Shown here piece by piece: positions 59,543-64,000 of a stretch of DNA of 64,000 nt. The position numbers were made by a program, and so were the translations under genes. Position 1 is the stretch's first letter. Every line of letters begins with the position of its first letter. The DNA comes from Candidatus Omnitrophota bacterium (lineage in GTDB: Bacteria > Ratteibacteria > UBA8468 > MWAK01), in NCBI GenBank assembly GCA_043826355.1, contig JBDRQI010000011.1, positions 1-64,000 on the forward strand, in the 5' to 3' direction. The notes under the pieces were generated by a model. That model did not search any database and had not been told where the DNA came from. It saw nothing but the letters and a program-made list of their open reading frames with translations.

Positions 59543-60115
59543 ATGAAAAAGATAACGCTGCTTCTAATATGCGCCGTTGCATTCTGGCCGATTTTAGCCC
59601 ACGGCGCGCCGGTTCAGGTGGAAGGGAAGAGCCGTCAAACCGGGTCCCAGAGAATGATGCCGGGACGCGAGATGTTCCAAAAAGACGGAAAGGCCTGGGA
59701 CCGGATGGCTTCGGTACGCTTCTACAAGTTGATTGAGTTTCTTGGCCTGACAACCGAAGAGGCGAATAAATTGGCGCCGGCCATTCAAGCAAGGGATAAC
59801 GGACGGAAGGACTATTTCCAGGCGCGCGATAAAGCGCTGGATAACCTGGCGGAATTGGTTGAGAAGGGAGCGTCGCAGAATGAATTAAAGAAGGCGGTGG
59901 CCGGAACCAAGGTTCTGGATGATGGATATCAGGCAAAAGAAAAGGGGTTAACCAACAAGGTTCTGGAACTCCTGCCGCCGGAAAAGCAGGCAAAATACTA
60001 CCTCTTTAACCGGCACTTTACCCAGGAGATTCGTCAGGGACTTTACAATATGGCTGAACGGCGGATAAAGGAACGGAGTGAAAAAGCGAGGCCAGGCGTT
60101 CAACCACCTCGGTAA
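59543..60115 (+). CDS. Periplasmic helical Spy/CpxP-like protein
   Basis: Signal peptide, LGLT.EE...L, L.PEKQAKY; SD AAGGAGG; third gene of an ECF/anti-sigma operon. Confidence 0.65.
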   Translation: MKKITLLLICAVAFWPILAHGAPVQVEGKSRQTGSQRMMPGREMFQKDGKAWDRMASVRFYKLIEFLGLTTEEANKLAPAIQARDNGRKDYFQARDKALDNLAELVEKGASQNELKKAVAGTKVLDDGYQAKEKGLTNKVLELLPPEKQAKYYLFNRHFTQEIRQGLYNMAERRIKERSEKARPGVQPPR

Positions 60116-60731
60116 CGGAAAGGTTTGTGGTGTCAAGATAGCAGGCGTCTTCTGCCTGACGCAAGGGGGCAACGGAGCGGGAACGGTCATGGTTGTCCCG
60201 CTCCGCCACCTCCTCCGCAATTTTGGTAATTGGTTGTTCAACCCCTGCCCTGGTCAGGTCTTTGCCCCGTCTTTTGGCGCGGGTCTCCAGGTTTGCATCC
60301 AGGTAAATCTTAAGCGTTGCGTTCGGAAAGACTACCGTGGTTGTATCCCTGCCTTCGGCCACCAAACTTTCCCTTTCGGCAAATTTCCGCTGTAACGGGA
60401 GGATGGCCTGTCGTACTTCCGGGGAGCGGGCGATATAAAAGGTGTTTCGCGTTACCTCCGGAGTGCGTATTTGGTCGGTTATTTCCCGGCCGTCCATAAA
60501 GACGTGCAGCCCATCCGCCTTATCCTGCAGGTCAATCCTGGTCTCCCGGGCAAGCGCGGCCAGCGCTTTCTCATCTTTCAGGTCAAGGCTTTTCTGCATG
60601 GCGTTATAGGTAATGGTGCGGTAAAGAGCGCCGGTATCCAGGTAGAAAAACCCCAGTTTCCGCGCCAGGGTTTTGGCGACCGTGCTTTTGCCGGCGCCGG
60701 CCGGCCCGTCAATCGCAATGATGTATTTCAT
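60018..60731 (-). CDS. cmk: Cytidylate kinase
   Basis: IAIDGPAGAGKST, LDTGALYR, EGRD, RD..D.SR..APL. Confidence 0.96.
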   Translation of the reverse strand: MKYIIAIDGPAGAGKSTVAKTLARKLGFFYLDTGALYRTITYNAMQKSLDLKDEKALAALARETRIDLQDKADGLHVFMDGREITDQIRTPEVTRNTFYIARSPEVRQAILPLQRKFAERESLVAEGRDTTTVVFPNATLKIYLDANLETRAKRRGKDLTRAGVEQPITKIAEEVAERDNHDRSRSVAPLRQAEDACYLDTTNLSVTEVVERLASLFHSVPLSAVQPYCKVPDESPG

Positions 60732-61129
60732 TTCCTTGCCGTTCTTTTCCAGAATTCTCGTGGGGTTAAAATAGGAATATTCTTAAAATCCTTCAGTTTG
60801 AGTAAATGTTTATCGCCGGTTATAATAACGTCCGCCTTGTCTGCCCAAGCAGTTCCCAAAACTTTCAAATCTCCCGGGTCCTGGCAAGCGCCCGGAGAAA
60901 CCCCTATCGGAACCACCACCTTTGTTCCTCTTAACAAAATATCCCGGTGGTTTTTAGTAACGTCCTCGGGCATTCCGAAATCTTCTTCCAGAGATTTAAT
61001 TACTTCTTCCATAATAAACTGACTGGTTATAACCTCGTGTTCGAAAAGACAAAGGGTAAAAATCTCAAAACACAGCCCGCGCGTAGCAAAGGCGGAAATT
61101 ATCACGTTTGAATCCAGTAAAACTTTCAT
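60728..61129 (-). CDS. PIN-domain toxin
   Basis: VLLDSNVIISA, C.DP.D.KVL..A....AD.IITGDKHLL. Confidence 0.88.
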   Translation of the reverse strand: MKVLLDSNVIISAFATRGLCFEIFTLCLFEHEVITSQFIMEEVIKSLEEDFGMPEDVTKNHRDILLRGTKVVVPIGVSPGACQDPGDLKVLGTAWADKADVIITGDKHLLKLKDFKNIPILTPREFWKRTARK

Positions 61130-61356
61130 CCGCGACGTGGCTTTATCCTTTTAAAAACATCTTCATCAGTGTAGAAACCTGCTTTTTCGGCATACGGAAT
61201 AGTCTTTGCTCTCACTTCCCGAAAACGCTGCGCAACAAGATATCGCCGGATGGCTTCCCGGGCTATTTGACCTGCTTTAAGGTTGTTTTTTTTACTGACC
61301 AACTCCAGTTCGTTTCTCAGGTCTTCGGAAATCCGGATTGTAAAAGTACTCGCCAT
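61126..61356 (-). CDS. Ribbon-helix-helix (CopG-like) antitoxin
   Basis: TFTIRISEDL..EL......AREAIRRYL, TDEDVF; SD GGAGGT; coupled to the PIN gene. Confidence 0.85.
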   Translation of the reverse strand: MASTFTIRISEDLRNELELVSKKNNLKAGQIAREAIRRYLVAQRFREVRAKTIPYAEKAGFYTDEDVFKRIKPRRG

Positions 61357-61374
61357 GGTTCACCTCCATAAGAC

Positions 61375-61404
61375 AATATAACACAAATAGGTTGGAGATG
61401 TCAA
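61375..61404 (-). promoter_or_regulatory. Sigma70 promoter of the TA-cmk unit
   Basis: TTGACA N18 (TG-T)TATATT. Confidence 0.65.
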
Positions 61405-61425
61405 GTTTGTCTGTTCTCGGGATTT

Positions 61426-61472
61426 AGGTGCCTGCGCCGGCCGGCCCGTCAAAAGGTAATTACGTAGTTCAC
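61426..61472 (-). pseudogene. Degenerate duplicate of the cmk 5' end
   Basis: GTG-NYVIT, frameshift, DGPAGAG; 61434-61452 identical to 60694-60712. Confidence 0.75.
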
Positions 61473-61591
61473 TTTATGTCATTTTGAGCGGTTATTTTAT
61501 GTCATTCTGAGGCCCTTCGCTCTGCTCAAGGGTAAACTCCGCCGAAGAATCTCTTCCTTGCAGTAGGACAGGCGTCCCGCCTGTCAACCAA

Positions 61592-62251
61592 CTAAAAATC
61601 TATCTGATTTCTTACCCGCACGCACCGGTACAGCGTCACTGCTTCCGAAATGTTCTGGAGCGTATTTTTTAGCACAAGTTTAATGCCCACATAGCCCACA
61701 GGAACGCCGGTGCTGGAAATTGAGAGGTCGGTGTCATAGTAAAGAAATTCGGAAAGACGATTACCGGAAGCATCAAGACGAATTACTTCCAATTGTCTGT
61801 CTGTTGCCCAGGTGGGTTTTAAATCTACGGAACCAAAATACAACGAACCTTCTTTCAAACTATACTTGACTTCAGCAGCATCCCGACCCTGAAAAGTTAA
61901 TGTGTCTGATGTAGTATCTGGGTTAAGAGCAAATGGTTGTATCCCCACCAGTCCTTTCTCCCTGTTTATCCCCGGTCCGTAAACTATCGTATTCATCAGG
62001 TAAATTCCCAGGTTTTCCGCATCCCCGCCGCTGCGCACAACTTTATGGATATTGGTTGCCCGGCCGAAGATAATCGCCAACAGGCCGAAGACAATAACCA
62101 GGATTGCGGTTGTCGTCAGCATCTCAATCAGCGTAAACCCCCTGGAATTACGATTACTGTGATTAAAATGCAGATTACGGTGATTAGGACAAAAATCAGT
62201 GTAATCTGTATCTAAAGCTTTGTAATTTTCATATTTAATCATTGTAATCAT
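61592..62251 (-). CDS. Type IV pilin-like / pseudopilin (N-methylation motif); start uncertain
   Basis: RGFTLIEML plus hydrophobic helix; long repeat-derived leader. Confidence 0.85.
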   Translation of the reverse strand: MITMIKYENYKALDTDYTDFCPNHRNLHFNHSNRNSRGFTLIEMLTTTAILVIVFGLLAIIFGRATNIHKVVRSGGDAENLGIYLMNTIVYGPGINREKGLVGIQPFALNPDTTSDTLTFQGRDAAEVKYSLKEGSLYFGSVDLKPTWATDRQLEVIRLDASGNRLSEFLYYDTDLSISSTGVPVGYVGIKLVLKNTLQNISEAVTLYRCVRVRNQIDF

Positions 62252-62270
62252 CTTTTAATAATCTCCGTAA

Positions 62271-62666
62271 TCATGCCATATTTAACCGCCGTATCTGACA
62301 ACTTTTGTTGCCGAAGTTTATTAATAATCCGACTTTATATCCTGATGCTTTCAAATAAGATAAAACCTGTGATTCAAACAGAGTAGGAATATTACCTGTT
62401 AAGGCTTTAATTTCAACCACGACTTTATCTTCTACGATCAAATCCAATCTCAATTTACCAACGTTCTGGTCGTGGAACGAGATGTTGAAACTTTTTTCAG
62501 TCTGATATTTTAATTGTTGGTCTTCTATGGCGATCTTTAAAGCATTATGATATATGCTCTCGTTAAATCCGGGGCCTAATTCACCGTGTACCTTGTAAGC
62601 ACAGGCAATTATTTTTTCAGTTAAAGGATCTTTATTTTGAATCCCCGTAATCTGTATTTTACCCAT
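62271..62666 (-). CDS. GxxExxY protein (PD-(D/E)XK-like)
   Basis: LGPGFNESIY, RLDLIVEDKVVVEIKA, QVLSYLKA....GLLINFG. Confidence 0.92.
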   Translation of the reverse strand: MGKIQITGIQNKDPLTEKIIACAYKVHGELGPGFNESIYHNALKIAIEDQQLKYQTEKSFNISFHDQNVGKLRLDLIVEDKVVVEIKALTGNIPTLFESQVLSYLKASGYKVGLLINFGNKSCQIRRLNMA

Positions 62667-62747
62667 TTGGCTAAATATGCCCGGGTTTTAGACCTAATCG
62701 CTGTAATCTGAACCTAATCGCTGTAATCAGACATCCGTCCAGGATGT

Positions 62748-63284
62748 CTAATAATACCCGTTTCTCGTCTTATACGTCACCGTCTTCAGAAGCGGCCTTC
62801 CGTTCTTAGAGACCGTAACCGTAACCTTTAAAAGGTTGTGGTCACCCGGCATTTCATCTACATTTGGGATGTTGTATTCAGCGGCAAGTATAGGGTTGCC
62901 GTCAAACGCCACAATATCTGTCGAATAAGTATAAGTAACACTTGAAATGGTTATGGAAGAATCACTGATAGTTCCGAGAGTTCCGCTGGAGCCGGTCGGC
63001 GGGAACTTTTGGTCACGCACCTGGTCTATCGCCATCTGGCTGATTGTAACCGCGTTGGAGATATCAACCGCCCGACCCCGGTTTACGGTATAGCCCATCA
63101 TCTTGCTCAGGACGACCAGGGTGGCGGAAACCGCTATGGCTACCACCACTACCGCCAGCACCACCTCAATCAGCGTAAATCCGCATTTTTTGTCATTCTG
63201 AGGCGTTAGCCGAAGAATCTCGTTCGCAATACGAGACCCTTCGCAACTTCGGCTCAGGGTGACATGATGGGGTGTTATTTTCAT
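62748..63284 (-). CDS. Type IV pilin-like / pseudopilin with a palindromic element in its leader
   Basis: KKCGFTLIEVV plus hydrophobic helix; ATGA overlap with the upstream gene. Confidence 0.85.
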   Translation of the reverse strand: MKITPHHVTLSRSCEGSRIANEILRLTPQNDKKCGFTLIEVVLAVVVVAIAVSATLVVLSKMMGYTVNRGRAVDISNAVTISQMAIDQVRDQKFPPTGSSGTLGTISDSSITISSVTYTYSTDIVAFDGNPILAAEYNIPNVDEMPGDHNLLKVTVTVSKNGRPLLKTVTYKTRNGYY

Positions 63285-64000
63285 CTCAATCTCCATCCCT
63301 GCCACGTCGGCACGTAAGCCCGGCGCCCGCCGGAAAAGCCGGAATAGATATCTTCACCCGGGTCCGCGCCGGTAAAGATGGGATTTATATAGTCCAAAAA
63401 GGTTGCGTTGTCCAAAAATATTGTGCCGTCAGCCACTAAAACGCCGTTAATATTAGCAGTACAAGTACTGATTGTTATTCCGGAACCGCCGCCAGCTGAA
63501 TAGACAAGCCCATTAATATTCTGCGTGGTACCAGTAGTTTGAATTGTAATGGTTGCGCTCCCTAAACCCCATCGGTCCATGATCAGGGCGGGTACGTTAT
63601 AACCGTTGGGTTGTATATTGTTGCTCCTGACACCCAGCCATATTGTGCTTTGCGCATAACAGGTTCCCTTGATGTTGGCGCCTCTTAGCGTAATACCATT
63701 TTTACCGATAACATAAACATCATGATTGGCGTCGCCGATAACACAACCGTTATCCAAAGTGTTATCCATAATAACTGGTCCTTCCGCGAAGAAGTTTGCC
63801 AGATAAGGATTTGTGTTTTCGCCGGCCTGGTTTATCCATATGGTATTATTCGCTTTGATAAGGCCGCCGTTTATCGTTATGCCGAGACCCGTCAGGTTGA
63901 CATTGTTTCCTTTTACGCAGACATTGTTGCCGGATTCTATGGTAGGCGTTCCTGAAATATTTACGGTACCGGCGGCGTTGAGAAAGTTGTTGACCGTTGC
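63281..64000 (-). CDS. Partial (5' end outside window) beta-rich secreted protein, probably a PilX-like minor pilin
   Basis: Frame is open from 64000 to TGA at 63281; I.GLVYS.G / INGVLVA.G repeats, W..W ending, pilin operon context. Confidence 0.6.
   Translation of the reverse strand, partial: ATVNNFLNAAGTVNISGTPTIESGNNVCVKGNNVNLTGLGITINGGLIKANNTIWINQAGENTNPYLANFFAEGPVIMDNTLDNGCVIGDANHDVYVIGKNGITLRGANIKGTCYAQSTIWLGVRSNNIQPNGYNVPALIMDRWGLGSATITIQTTGTTQNINGLVYSAGGGSGITISTCTANINGVLVADGTIFLDNATFLDYINPIFTGADPGEDIYSGFSGGRRAYVPTWQGWRLR

Noticed and set aside
60018..60115. Functional antisense overlap between cmk and the Spy-like gene
   Set aside because: A 98-nt convergent 3' overlap of non-conserved tails is most simply stop-codon drift.

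Overview
Bacterial chromosomal window in the standard genetic code, from a diderm (OmpA, lipoproteins, LolDE-type ABC). It is probably an anaerobe of an uncultured lineage; I cannot place it taxonomically from sequence alone. Positions 1-10.6 kb are accessory DNA built around one tRNA-Leu(CAA) gene. To its left is a ~5.5 kb integrase-less island bounded by a 55-bp duplication of the tRNA 3' half, carrying an AbiE-like antitoxin/nucleotidyltransferase pair, a sigma70 region-1.2/2-only mini-protein and an AEP-primase/SF2-helicase fusion. To its right is a ~4.7 kb segment bounded by a duplication of the tRNA 5' half, with a homologous attachment arm in inverted orientation. The left edge holds an IS21-type end and the arm of a probable third island. 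The rest is mostly core genes in shuffled order: rpiB, tsaC, rplM, Re-citrate-synthase-like/LeuC-like, ilvBNC, thpR-recA, degP, fabH, obg, lysC-lgt-lspA-DksA-like, dTDP-rhamnose and GDP-fucose genes, murD-ftsW-murG, nnrD-acpS-rpmA, tRNA-Val, PMM/PGM, trpC, dut-pnp-rpsO, lolE/D, ilvE, ECF sigmas, cmk and type IV pilin-like genes. A striking feature is a zoo of short palindromic mini-elements that nest inside one another and have inserted in frame into conserved genes (thpR, fcl, lolE, the murG end, prepilin leaders). A PIN/RHH toxin-antitoxin module appears to have inserted into the 5' end of cmk. All calls are by visual motif recognition; no database searches were run.
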